Below, in pieces: positions 13,729 to 28,500 of a stretch of DNA of 64,000 nucleotides (positions are counted from its first letter, which is position 1; the number at the start of each line of letters is the position of its first letter). The position numbers were made by a program, and so were the translations under genes. The stretch covers positions 20,088,001 to 20,152,000 of the forward strand of contig CM022667.1 in assembly GCA_012295275.1 (NCBI GenBank), given 5' to 3'. Source of the DNA: Chrysomallon squamiferum (taxonomy: Eukaryota > Animalia > Mollusca). The notes under the pieces are model-generated. The model worked only from the letters and a program-made list of their open reading frames with translations, ran no database searches and had not been told where the DNA came from.

Positions 13729-16430
13729 TAATTATTATTATTATTATTATTATTATTATAATTATTATTATTATTTTAAAAGATGAACTCATACTGTTTT
13801 AATTTTTTATTTACTTTATTTTATTTTATTTTATTTTTTTGTAATTTTTGTGACCATTTTTTTAAATTCTGGCTTATAAAAATTAACGTGATAGTATTTT
13901 AAAATTTGTAATTGTTCAGTTTGGTCTTAACAAAACTATAGCTGAAGCAGATGCATAAATAATTTGATTTGTTACTACTTTATTGCTTCGTTTCATCATT
14001 TATTTCACAGCCATTTTAATGCATATTTCATATTAAACGAATTATTTTTTCCTTTCCTGCTTGGTAAACATTGAAAACGTTACTTTAGATTCTCTGTTTG
14101 TTAAGCCATATTTGTGCCACGGTCTAATGATACTTTTCTCCATGTCCCAGCATTTTGTGTTAGACATTGTCAGTGAGTCCAGCAGCCAGAAGATAACACA
14201 TCCATTGACTCCACAAAGCATTTTCACAATAAATGTTCTTGTTAGCAACCCGTCAACAATGTTTGTAGTACATGAGGTCTAAAGATTCTGACGCTGATGT
14301 CAAAATTTTTTCCAAGTCGAGCAAACAGTAAAGGAGAGTTACATTTTGCAAATAATGCATTTCATCTGATGGCCGTTTAAACAAATGTTTGCTGAAGCAC
14401 GCTGTCTTTGTTGTAGAGTTATTTGCTGCGAACACTCTACATTGGAAATCGATCAGTGAGAATGAATGCTACAACGTTTGTGGTAAATCTTACTGCCCCG
14501 TTCACACAAACTGTCCCATAAATGTTTTATATACGCATGCTTGGCGAAGGAAAATCGGAAATCTACCACACGAGTGCTTAACGATTTTCATTTTGGACTT
14601 GTCTGCATTTGGAATAGTTATACCCTGGGGGACGCTGGGATGGCGCATAAATAATTTCTCTTTGAATAATAGGTTGTTTATTGATGGCTGTCCATTGTGT
14701 GTGGACACAAAATGGAGTTAGTGAAGCACGGAAGTAAATCAGTACTGCTAACACTGTTGTTAATACGCTGTAAATGGAGACTCATTATGAAGCCTTCTGT
14801 GTCCTCGCCTTTAATGTCGTCACACCTTTATTTTCACTGTTGATGTTGAAGACTTTAATTATTCATGTAATAATTTACCCCGATCACAATAACATGCAAC
14901 ACCACTTAGTGCAGCAGTTTACTTTTAAATATCAATATTTATTTTTAATATAATAATGGATTTAACCATTATGCAAAGCAGCTTGATGAATTCAGTTCAG
15001 GATTATTTGTATTCAAAAGAGATTTGGTCATTTGCTTAGTGGTCAATTTTGTAATGAATAAATCCTGTTGTTACCTTGTGTCAAGATGCCTTATTGATTT
15101 GTAAAATTGATTTCTACTGTACATAAAATATAGACAGACACACACACATTATATTAAAGAGATTTTGGGGTTTTTGCCTATTCCAACCTGTACCATGTAA
15201 CGATTTAATTAAGGCATTGGGTTTTTCTGTTTATATGTGGTGATCCTTACTGCTAAGTAATAACTAGAAGCAGTAGACTTTTCTCTGTAGTGTTATCACT
15301 ATAAACTTAAAAAAATTATTATTGACCCCAAATACCTGCAATATTAAACATTACATTTTTATTTCCCTGACTTCACTCACACATACAGAAAGATAGGTTA
15401 GCAAAAGGGCAGGAGAAGAGAAGCCTGTATAATTTCTTATTTGTTTCTGATTGGATATATCGTTTATGTTTTTATTGTTAGGCAGTTACAATTGTTAGTC
15501 ATCTAAATTGTTGATCTGTGCAGAGTTAAACAAAGAAAAAGCAGGCAGGTCTTCAAGTCAGAATGTAACAACAAAAATCCATTAAGCTGACTTAGGTATT
15601 CTCATTTGACACATATTGATTTTTTTTCTTGTGAAGATACAACTCACCATTAATATTTCAGTGAGAGATGGTGTTATCCTTATTGTGTTTCTTTTTCTTT
15701 TATTATTTTACCACACTGACTTACAGCAGGAATGTGTTTTGGGTATAGCTTATTATTTAATACATTTTCTTTCTCGTTAACTAGAAGTAAGTTTTACCAT
15801 AACTGTAAATTAGTAAACTGTAAAGAAAAAGTATAATTTATTATTTTTTATGTCATATTTCAGTCTACCTTAGAAACACCTATCGTGTTAATGTCACTTT
15901 TCATTTTGTGATAACAATTTGTCTTTATAACCCTAGAAACATTATTTATCAAAATATATGCTTTACTGTCTCCACTGAATTAATTAGTTAAATCATATGT
16001 TTACATTTTACAGAATTTTACATCTAATGCAATTATTTAGTGGCATCTTGTTGACTGAAAAATCAGCTCACAATACTCGCAGGGTTAATAAAACTACAGA
16101 ATTAATTACCAGACGAAAATTAATAAATATTTTATGATTAACAAACAAACAAAACCAAAAAAAATGAGAAAAACAAAATTTGAATTAGTATGTAGAGCAT
16201 GTGGCTTTCCAATCAGCTAAACAAATTGTATGTTTGTAGTACACCTGAGATATTAGTAACAGCATAATGGCGGATCAATAGAGAGAACTAAACATCACAT
16301 CTTTTGTTATTAAACCAGACATGAAAATGCTGTTGCCATGACAACCTGTAATTATTGTCAATTATAGATGAATTCTATAAAGATTTATTGTAATTTTAAT
16401 GTTTATTCTTTATTTCTTTGTTTAAAGAAA

Positions 16431-16474
<44 letters not shown>

Positions 16475-18656
16475 TATATATGAAAAACAGAGAGGTGTAA
16501 AAGAAGTCAATTTTTGATGCTGTTCTGTCTGACAAATATTTCCAATCATTTTCAGTGTTTTAATTTGTCGCAAGTTTAGAATAGATGGGTTACTGTGATT
16601 AAAAACATGTAACGTAATTCATTGTAGCTTCACAGTTTACTGTTAAAATAATATTAAATTGTTATTAACATTGTCCATCAAAAACAGAAAAGTGATAACA
16701 TAATGAGGTGCTAATTGGTTATTATCATAGTCTTCTGCCCTGTAAATTGTTTGTAGTTAATAGATTATCACTAAAGTGGTGTGACTAAAGAAAGTAAAAT
16801 ATGTGATCATCGCGTTATTTATAGTTTAGAGATGCACGCCGATGTAATTGTAACTAATGAGGAAGTAAACAGCAAAGAAGCTAGTGTATCTAAAAGCAAG
16901 ACCCCAGAGATCAATGAGCTGGCAGGTTTGTGCTAATTTATACTGGTCCTTAAAGAATTGGACAAATGCCACATGACAGAAATGCAAAATGTTCCATCAG
17001 GTGTTTTCTACCGACATGTTTGTTTTGATCATTGACTATCTGTAGCATGCTTTTCAACACACTATTACATACACAGCTGTTCATCATTTGCCTCCAAGAG
17101 CTGTGAAGCGCCAACTGCACTCTCTAACAAATTCCTGGCACTTGCTGCAACTCTTATCTCTTCCAGTTGTCATAATTCAAGTCTTCAACACAATGTATAT
17201 AAAGCTGTTCGGTTCTTTTTTTTTTTTTCTTTTTTTTTCTTTCGAGGTCTGCAGCCAACATGGAATGGAAAACCTTATTTCCCACAAATTTAAGAAGACT
17301 TTGTTAGATGCACTGGTTCATTAATGTTATCGTTTTACAGGTTGTTGTGGTACAAGTTTCTTTTGTGATATACAGTTTTTCAAAACTGAATTATGTGAAA
17401 GAAAGGCAGACAAAATTATCTGTGTTTTTTAAACTAATTAGATAGATTAATTATGTTTATTTATCTGTCTGTGTTTCATTTCTGCCAGAAGCTGTTTACT
17501 GTAGCAGCTGGGTTTTAGAAATGTACAAAGCTTACAATTAAATTTGAAAATCTTTTGATAAAGAACTGAAAAGATAAAGAAGATATAACTTTTTATTATT
17601 ATTTTTAGAATCAGTTTTAAGATCTAAAAAATTAAAAAAATTAAAGAAAAACAAAATTATACTGTGAATAAGCTGATTAAAATAATATTCTTTTTTCCTT
17701 TTTAATAATTTTAATTGTTTCTTAAGCACGTAACCAAGTAGTATAAATATTGGGTATTTTCCTAAAAGATAGTATGTCTTTTGTTGTGAAACGCATACAA
17801 TAGGATTAGGAACATTATAACAGACATAAATTCACATAAGTAGCCACAAATCAATACAGAAGTCTTACAGACATACACTTATTGTTTACTTCTATTGATT
17901 TTCAGCATTGTGTGTGCAGAGTGATAAAGTCTGCACAGTCCATGACACTTGTATTAAAGGTGATTTGTTTAATATCTTGGGTAAATATTTATATAAGAGT
18001 AATTTAGGTTAAACTTCCACATCCGCCTCATAGGTTTAGGTTACTTAACACTATGACAGTCAAAAAACTTTCAGATAAATTATAAATGTAATCCATAGAA
18101 ATAAAAATACTTCATTTCCAACATTGTTATAATTTTATTTATCTATTTCATTGTCCCTTTAGGAAATTTAGAAGAATTTATATTTATGAATAATCTTTAA
18201 TTATTACATGGTTCAGTAGACATATGTAGTAATTAACTGTAACTTTGAGTTTAGTGCAAACCTCGAAATGTGTGCCATAATATTTTACACTACTTGTTAC
18301 TGTTCTTTTCTGTGTTTAACAGCTACATCAAATGTTATATGTGTAGCTAAATATGGCTTCTAAAAAAAAAAAAAAAAAAAAAAACATCAATAATTAATAT
18401 TACCATCTAATGAGCATTTGTTTTGACAGATTCTTATTTTTCAACCAGTCCAAATTAAAATTTTAAAGACTGGAAGTTAGTATGTAAAAAGGATAAAACT
18501 CTCCAAAGCATTGTGAAAAATCTAAATTTTTATTACTGAAATATCTTGAAGTGGAGATGTCAGAGGTAAACGGTAAAAATCTGATCTTGAACATGATCAT
18601 AGTAAAAACAAATCAAATTATCCAGTTCATTATTTATTTTATTTTTTATTTCATTT

Positions 18657-18709
<53 letters not shown>

Positions 18710-21700
18710 TTAAATATGGGTGTGTCAAGGATGAAAGGTGAGATCTGAACTTGCAAATGACCCACAATTATTGAGCAAAAATGCTTTGCAGGTGGAATAA
18801 GGCTGATCAATAATTTGTGTTGTAGTGCAGTCTTTATCAGAAGAATGGCAGCATAATCAAATTGCTGACAAGCAGCTCATTAACAATTGAAAGGTGTCTG
18901 TACTGTGGTTATGGTATTGGTTAATTGTCAAGAAAAAGACATTCTAAACCAGTGTGATTATGCAGTGTATTTCAGTCTGTATTTAAAAGTATTGATTTTG
19001 AGCTTCGTGTTGGATTCTCTTGTTGTATTTTAAAGTAATGAAATAACAGAATAGTTTATATGTTTATTTCTTTTATCTTCAACTTCTCTTTAGATTCCTT
19101 TTATGGCATGATTGGGTTTTATTATTTTATTTTATTTTGTTTTATGCATTTCTTTTCCTTTTAATATAAAAACAAAGAAAAAAAAAAGGTTTTATTAACC
19201 CATTATCCTTATTTTTCTCTTGTTGCTAGAAAGTGGAATAACATTACTTTTCTACTTTTTTTTTCTTCTTTTTTTAATGCACGAGTACTTCCATTTTAGC
19301 TTAATGTATAACTGCAGTCTAATCTGTGCTTTGTTTACACATTGCATCATGGGTGTGGGTATATGCGTGTGAGCGACAGATAAAGAAAACACGTAAATTA
19401 TCATGTATATCAGACCTCTTTGAAAATAAAAATAGATGTTTAAATGTTCTTTGAAATATATTATTTTTGCAAGTGTTTATATCCATACTTTTTGTGTGTG
19501 TGTGTGTGATAATTATGTTTATACATAATCAGTGTATAGCACACTAAAAATAAAAAGAAAAGATGAAACATTTAAGGGATTAGTCATATTCCAGTTCTGT
19601 CTTATGATGTTTTAACTCATATAAAAATCCTGATGAATGTTTAATTAACTCTTTAGTTACTTATTAGTAATAAACTGGTATCTTTTTACCTAATTATTAA
19701 ATGTCATATTATAACTTGTATTTTATATTTGTTGAATTTATTACAGAGGTGCTTAATAACCGAAACAGGAGTTACTTTTCTTTTGTCCATGAATATTAAG
19801 CCTTTCTTTATTTGCCATTTATACATTCATATATGGCTAATTCTTTGTGTTTGAAGGCTGACATAGTTTCTTTGGAAAACATGTTCATCTAAGCGTCTAA
19901 TTTGTTTAGATTTGTGAATTAACACAATCATACAGCAAGAACTCTGTCGTACAGCTTGTTACTTTTATTTGTGTGCCTGTTTCTTCATAAAATTTATATA
20001 ATTATATAGTCTGTCAAGAATAAGAATAACCTGTTTGGTGAATTAATGCTTAAATTTGGACTCACAAAATTTTATTCCACTGGTATATATAATTTTTTCT
20101 AGTTGACAGTTCAGTATTTATTGGTAGGTTTTGAGTTATAAAGTTAATGAAGATTTCATCTGTTTGTTTTTTTCACTATTGTACACAGCTGTTTCTTGTA
20201 TTACTGGCCTTGTGGCTTTAGCAGATTGTTTTCCCATTGTTTCATAAACATCACCATGTGACTAACAATCTCTCAGTTTTTGTATGCAGACATCTGTAAA
20301 ATATCTTTATTCACACGTTACATAGTAAAGCTTTATTTTATAATGAATAAATAAATAAACGATATAGCTGTTGTCTAAAATCCTAATGCAGACAGTAAAT
20401 TGTTTACAAGGAAAAGATACCATGAACATTTTAATGTATGAAAATTAAGCAAAATATAATGTACATAATCAGATAAAAGCATATATTAAACCTGTATTTT
20501 AATTATGTTAACACCATTATAATGTGCACTGCAGTACACCTTTACCAATAAAACTGAAAATACTGTGATGGTATGCAGCAATTACATATACCATCCATTT
20601 TATAATAAAAAGACAGCAGCTGCCTGAAGGTTAATTTACTTTTTATCATTTATTTATTTATCACCGTCTGAGATATTAACAAACAAACTTTTCAAAATGG
20701 CTTCAGTTCATTCCACATTGTCAGTGGCATAAGGAGTCTTTTGAAATACTGCCAGCATTTTTACACAAACATACACAACTGTGCAAAATGATATATGGTA
20801 AAGCTATGAAAGTAAACTATATATATTTATCATAACCATCAAGAAAGGGTGGTTTCTGGTTTTCAAGATGATAATCATTGTTTTCTATAATTAGAATTGT
20901 TTTCTTCCATTTTGAAAACATTTTTTGTTTTTAAATTTGGAGAAGTAAAGTTTTCAATAACATAATTTAACTGAACTGATTTTTATATCAAAATATATTA
21001 ATATTTTTCATTTCATATTTGATGGTTAGTATAATGATTTTATAACTGGCTTGAACATGTAATCAGTCTGTGAAAGTAAATGTGTTGACTGTTTTATACA
21101 ATTCTAAATGTTTTTACATCTTTTTAACTTTTTTTAAATTAATTAAAACTGTGAATATAGAATGAATTTGTGTCTTTAGAAAGATTTAGAGGTTTACAAT
21201 TAATATTAATTTATCAGGTTTTATATGACCATTTTCTTTTTAAAAAATATTTTCCCTTATTTTATAAATATTAGATAAATTACATAATTACATAATTTGT
21301 TATGTTAATTATATTTGGTCCTCTTCCGATCAATTTGTGGTTTTTTTAATAAAATTCAGTTTAAATTCAAGTCACAAATAATAATAATTAATAAATAAAT
21401 AAATAAATAAAAATAAATAAAAAAATAAATTCTGTTCAGCAAGTTTATATATTGACCAATAGCTTCCAGAATTTTTATAATACAAGAACTAAATTATTTA
21501 CATATTTTTGTTTCTTTACTTTAACAGAAATGCCGTTAGTTCATTTTGGTGACTCATGTTCTGTTGACTTTTTGTTTTAACATAAAAAAATCTTTTTTCT
21601 TTTAATCAAATATGACATTTTATTACTTAGTGATTAAAAATAAAAATAAAAAACGGACAAAACATTTAAACGATTAGTCATATTCCAATTCAGGTAATTC

Positions 21701-24700
21701 AATCAGAATTTCAAAGTCATTTCTTTTCTTTTTTTTCATTTAAAATAATAAAATATTTTTGTTGGTTTTTTTATGAAGGGATGTGCACTGTTTTAAAATA
21801 ATGGCACAAAATTTCACATTGTAAAAGAACAGCTATATCATTAAATAGCTCATAGAGCATATTTACTGAACAGTTTTGAATAATGGTAATAAAATTTGCA
21901 TTGCCCAGTTTTAAACTGCAATAAATGTCAGTTGTTGGGAGTGTTTTGTTGCTTGTTTTATTTTATTGTTATTTTTCGTTGTTGTTTATTATTTTGGTTT
22001 GTTTGTTTGGTTGTTTTTTGGCTGTTTTCTTTACTTGTTTGTTTGTTGTTGTGGGGTTTTTTTAGGAAGTATTTTATATATTATTATTATTTTTTTTTTT
22101 TCATAATAAATGTATCTCATTTTATATTAAAAGGTTTCCATATTCAATTTTAAAGTTGAATGTGTTAGGTTTTATTGATTTCATTTTTTGTTTGGTTTTT
22201 ATTTTTTTTTAAGTTAAACTTTTTTTATATTCTTTATACCTTTATATTATTAGAGAAATAAAAAGAATAGTAACGAGGTTTAAGAAAAATCACTTATATT
22301 TATAACCATATTTGCAGATTAAAAGACGTACATGAAATTTTATCTTCAGTCATTGTTTCTGTTGGCCAGCCATGGCATCAGATTAAAATACAGAACTATC
22401 ACTTGTAAGGTCAAGTATGCATCACACTGAAAATCTTGTTCCTGTTATAATTAATCTGAAACTGTTGATGATGTAAGGAAACAAAACATAAAAAAAAAAA
22501 TAATGAACAGCAAATAAGCAAAATTCCACTCACTGGGAATGAAGTTTGTTGTAGTCTCAAAGTCACTGATGTTATGAACTGTTTCCAGAAATATCATAAA
22601 CTCAATAATTGACAAAACAAAACTCCCTTCAAAAATATTCAGACTGACAGTTTTTATGTTTTGTATGTCAAGGCAGAATAACATAACCCATCTTGTAGTA
22701 TGAGTGAGAAGAGAATAAATTAGTTTTAGAAAAACATCAGTAATTATCATAACAAAATTAAGTATTTCACAAAACTTTAAAGTTAAGTCTTTCCTGTATT
22801 TATACAGTTCAGATTATGAAACTTAAAAGTTTATCTGTTGAGCTGTGAGTTATTTATGCCTCATAATTATATATTTACCTGGACAAATCTGTTACTGAGT
22901 ATAATCTGTTATTGACAGGTAGAGTAAGGAATGTACTGCTTAGTTTTGACTGGTAAAAGACCACCTGGGTGAAACCTAGCAGGCTGGGATCACTGTTGGT
23001 GTTGGCACTGTGTGTACCCAGGTCATAGCTTGGTGTTGGTCTGTCCAAACAAGGCTCTTCAATAATACAAGCAGTTCAAAGGGCTTCACCTTAATCCATT
23101 TCCTTAAGGCAGGATGATACACAGCTAGCCTCTGTGTATTTACTTTCTAATTGTAAGGTAACTCGGCTATTATGCTCTGTAGGAATGCATATTTACTCAG
23201 TTCTATTCAAGTTGTGGCCACTTTCTTATGTAAAAAGGTAATAAAAGTTATCATAGCTGTGACTGTTATTCAGCCAGCATTTTTCACAGCTTAACAGAAC
23301 ATTCACAAAATGATTTCTTATTGCTTTTTCATGCCTAAGTAATGGCATGTCCCATCTATATGGAGACCTTATGGTGAGGTCAAGAACCTGCTTCCCCCTT
23401 GAGAAGGCTGAAGTGGGCCAACCCGTATATGATTACTGTACAGTTCTAACATCTGCTGAACTATAGTGCCTTTGTGACTATTCTTTGTTGGGGGAGGTCT
23501 TCTCTTTTTCTTTGATTCTGTTGCATCAGGATAACATTCTCAAAAGAAGTGGTGGGGAAACTGTTTGCTTCTTTTCAGTATGTGTCTACTAAACATACCC
23601 GGTGGATTGTTTATACTAGTGTTTACCAGCTAGAAAACAACACAGAGAGAGAGACAAGACTGATTTGGTAAGTTGGATTACTTGATAAACTGTTTCGTGG
23701 ATGGTGTAGTTGTCAATAAGAGGTCATAGTTCACTTGCTGGCTCAAAGACTGTGTCTAGCATGAAATGTGTGATGAATGGTAGGTTTTTCTTTCTGGCAC
23801 TTGATCAGCCCTGCTCTGTGGGGATTTGTTCTGTAATCATTGGGTCTGTAATCTCTTCACAGAGTGCTGTAATCTCGTGTAACAGTCTCACTTTCTGACA
23901 CCACACACTCTAACAGGCATGTTATCTTTGCTGTATATTTAATAGGCTTACTGGTGTAAAATAATGACTGAGCAGCAGAAAGCATACACTGCGATTACTC
24001 CATCCACTTGAGTAGTTTTATAATAGGATTTTTCTCAGGAATTGCATATGAATGTTGCAGTCACAATATATAAACTATTTTGTTGCCTTTCATTATACTG
24101 CATGTTCAGTAGGTTTACATTTGATTAAATGTTGAAATTTGATAAATCAGTATCACCAAATATTTTCATGTTTCAAATTATAATTATTATGTTTAATTGA
24201 TACTTAACTATAAATTGTAGATTTTATTTCCATGTAACATCAGAGTAATATTCTGATCCCTAGCTATTAAAAACAAATATTTCTTGAGCCTTATTCCTTT
24301 AGAGTAGTATACATTCCTTTAATATCGATATTGTTAAGTAGCCTTATTTACATACTAACAGAAAAACAATATGTATAAACATAATTCACTGTTTATGTAT
24401 AAACATAAAAACCATGATTTTATTTTTTTAAATGTATATATATACATACAAACACACATATATTCTATGTGGATTATTCAAATTTTGCTTTTATTTATAA
24501 TGTAACCTCAAATGTGGATATAGCTGATGAAAGTTTTTAAATAACTTCATGTAACCTGGTGTGTTAACTTTTTTATCCCTTCATATAAACTAATATTTTG
24601 TAAATAATGATGGTAATAATAAAAATGTTCTTTGTAAAATATTACCGTGTATTATTTGTTAGATAGAGATGTACACGTTTGTTATTGTCAAGCCCATTGT

Positions 24701-25546
24701 TATTTCACGTTTACTTTATCTGTGGATATTGTTTTGGGAAACAGCTGTTAGGGTAATCACAAAAGCTGTGAAAAATGTGGAACATTAATTCTGTATTGCT
24801 AGCTCTTCAACTAACTGTAATGATATGCACAAGAGACTGGTCACAGATGTTTACACAATAATGGGGAATTTGATGTAGATTTTATGCAAACACATAAAAC
24901 ATCAATACAGCAGTAATATTTAGAGTTGATTTTCTGTTTGTGAAACTTGGCATTGTGATTACTAATTTACAGTCCTCACATTGAGACAAGAAATTAAACT
25001 CAGAATAGTTTGTATCAATTGAAAATAATAATGAATATAACATAAAGATAATTATTGATAATATTTAAAAATCTGTCCAAATTTTTTTTTAAAACTTTGG
25101 TTTGTTCCATTTTTTTATTTTTTTTCACTTCTAGTTAAACATTGCAGCAGACTGACTAATCTGTAATTAAAGAAAAGCAGGCTCACTAACTTAATTATAA
25201 CGAAATGCAAAACATTTTTAATTATATCCATGAACCATTGCTAATGCCGTTTAATTTTAAAAATCACTTTAATTATTGCAGCATTATTTATTAGAAGCAT
25301 ATTGCTGTAAATATTAAGAGGTGGATTTTTTTTTATAGTTTTAATTACTCACTGAAAGTTTTATAATTTTAATGTGTGGTTTGGTGCAGGTATGCTTGCA
25401 TGAATGTATTCATGTCCCAGTGTTGGTGCAGGTCAGGTAATCAATTTAATGTTTCACGTAAACTGACAGTTTTTTTTATTACTCATTATTACTTAGGTAG
25501 TTAAATAAATAAAATTATAAACTTTAAACCAGTAAGTATGCATAAC

Positions 25547-25585
<39 letters not shown>

Positions 25586-28500
25586 AATATTATTTAGCCA
25601 TGTCATAAGTGAAAAATCTACATCATCTGTTTGTTTGTCTAAGTGATTGGGGTAACATGATATTTTCCTTTGTAGACAGCTTACCAAGTAATGGTTGTAC
25701 AGATTCATTTCTGTATCATTCTGTGATCATAAATATTTTTGTGTCATTTGATTAAGCAAGGGATTATTTTGTCTTTTCCCTGAGGTCTCTGCAATACTGT
25801 ATCATTTTTTTACTGGCCTGTTTAGTTGTCATTAAAGGCAAAATTGCCCTACTACCAGTTGTGAAAACAAGTCCTACATAAGAAGATTTATAAAAGTAAT
25901 ATAAATAAATGCTCCAGCTGCTATTTAGTAAACAAACAAACACTGGCCCCAGGAGCATGTCTTGTCCTGTCAGATGTACTATGACTTGTGAATGGCATTT
26001 CACCCTGGAGTTGTTTGATTAAAGATTAGGATTATAACCTGTATGAATTCAGGTGTACCAGCACACTGACTACATGTCAGGTGAGACAGCAACACAACAG
26101 TGTATTTATGTTCCGTTTTGTAGCCTTATAGTCTACGTTATCAAGTAAGAGTCCAGTAATACTTCATAGAACTGATCATAAATTATTGGTAAATTCACAT
26201 GTAAAGATTTCTGTCACCTCTTAATTATTATTCAGTGGTTTGTATTCTTGTGAAAGTAATGTTAACTCCTAGAGCTGTAATTAAAAATGTAAATTACAAA
26301 AGTAATTAGAATAATTTTTATGTTTTCTTACAGAATATTGTTTCCTTTCAATCTGTTTCTTCTCAAAATATGTTTGTTTTGAATTAAAAATTGTCAGGAA
26401 TAAGTCATGAAGCCTACTTTATTCTGGAAAAGTCCAAACATTTTAAAATGAATAGAATAATGTGCTAATAACACATTTACTTGCATAGTCATGCTGGATT
26501 TGTATTGACATATTTGATAAGTACATTCTACAGGTTTCAATAAATTACTCATGGACAGAATTATTCTAAAGGTTGCAAAAAGAGAAAATCATTCTGACAT
26601 ATCACTATCTTGGTCTTATGTTCTAAACATGACACTATATGTTCCTTGCCTGTATTTTGGAATGTAGGTAGTAAAGTGAAAAACTTATTGGCCTCCATTT
26701 ACTTGTAAAATAACCATTTGTATGAAGACACAATCACCTGTATTTATTATTTGTAATAATTATGTCTAAATGTTCTGTTATATTACTACTTCCAGAAGTA
26801 CAAAAATCTAAATAGTATCCGAACATAAATTGTTAAAACTATTATTGACGCTCAAAGTAAAAAAAATACTGAATCATAACATTGTCAATAGATTTATTAT
26901 GTAAAGTACTTATTAAATTAATACCTTTTTTATATTCTAAGTGTACTGGAATTCTGTTTATTTTTTTATTTATTTTTTCTTCCTTTCTTTCCCTTTTATT
27001 TATTTATTTTTTATATTTTTGACATGCAACATGAGTATAAAACCTGTATTATTATTTGTTTGGCTTGACTACACTACTGGTAATTTATGTTGATGGGGTC
27101 TGTTCACCTCCAGGTTAATGTGAGATAAATTACATTCATGTCCTCAGGTTATATTGTAAATGAATCTTTTCACTGGTAGCTGCAGCTCCTTTTGTGACGT
27201 CTGTCTTCATTGTTGCCTTTGAATTCTAACCTAAATACATAGTTTACATTTATCTTCACTGCAGCAAACTCACTTGTTTTGGTACAGTTTAATTGCAATA
27301 AAATAAGTCATTATAATTCACCATACAACACTAACATTAGGGGGTTCGTGTCATAACTTCTTTGCCAAGGATTTCTGAAAACTTGTTGCAGATAAAATTA
27401 TATAATCTCTCGTTGTCAAAGGAAATAAAAGATAAAGCATGTGGTGAAAATAGTTAATATTTAAAGTTTTTATTTATTTATTTCCATTTTTAGAAATTTA
27501 CTTTCAGAAAACAGTAGTTTTTCGAAATTCTCTCTCAGTTATGACATGGTAACACATTTATAAATAAAACTGAGAAAATTATATAACAAAATACTTAAAG
27601 CAAACCCATTGCAAAATGGTTTGCACTGACCTGAGATAACCCATAGTCTGGGTTCGTCTTAAAACAAGCTGTACTGTCGAGTGGCAGATTGTGCAATGCT
27701 CATTTGACTGCAGTTTTGAAGATAACATCTGACAGTGTAAGTGCTTGTGTCAGTTTAGCCTGTGAAGTTTTAGACTGGATGAGATAACAAACACTTTTTA
27801 AGCACATGGTCTGGTATTTCTTAGTCTGTTGATAAAAATCTTCATCAGCAATGAAACACTTTTCAGACTGTCTTCCCCGTCTGCCACTTTATGCATTCTG
27901 TCTGAATGAATTTTTAATTTGCATGTAGGCTATATATATACACTTATTTTCAAAAATAATTTTACAGACTAAACATAATTATAAAAGATAGGCTTTTAGT
28001 GGTATCACATTTGGAATATACATGTGAAATTGGGCAAATATTAAAATTTATCAATAATTATAACTGTGCAGAGTGATTTACAAGACATCTGTGTAAATGT
28101 TAAGATCCCATATCTTACAGAGAGTTTGTTGTAATGTAATTTTGAAATGGTAATAATATAGCTTTCCTGTTTGTGACTGCTGCTTGCTGCTGTTCCAGTT
28201 GTTTTACTTATTCTAATAATTTATCATCTCTTCAAGATGATTCTGTCTAAGCTGAAATTACTATTAATACATTCAATTCTCCATTTTATCTTGAGGCACA
28301 CATTTCAAATTTTTTCTATTTCAACGGAGATTATTATTATATATATAATTTTTTGTAAGTGCTTCTGCATTTATTTCTGTCCTTAATTTCAGTTAATATT
28401 TGGTTAAAAAGTATCTAACCTTTATTCATGTGTGCATTTTTTTCTTTCTGGTTCTTTGTCTGCATCATGTTGTAAATTTTAATTCTTTTTCATCAGCTTC

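Noticed and set aside
13525-13786. Poly-N/I/Y ORFs (also 18551-18748)
   Set aside because: They are (AAT)/(ATT) microsatellite translations.
14042-14721. Cluster of 60-110 aa ORFs on both strands
   Set aside because: No recognisable motifs or convincing splice sites; explained by locally higher GC.
7850-27000. Frequent TAATTA and TGTCA homeodomain/TALE-like motifs in the GSE1 intron
   Set aside because: Expected by chance at this AT content; enrichment cannot be judged without statistics.
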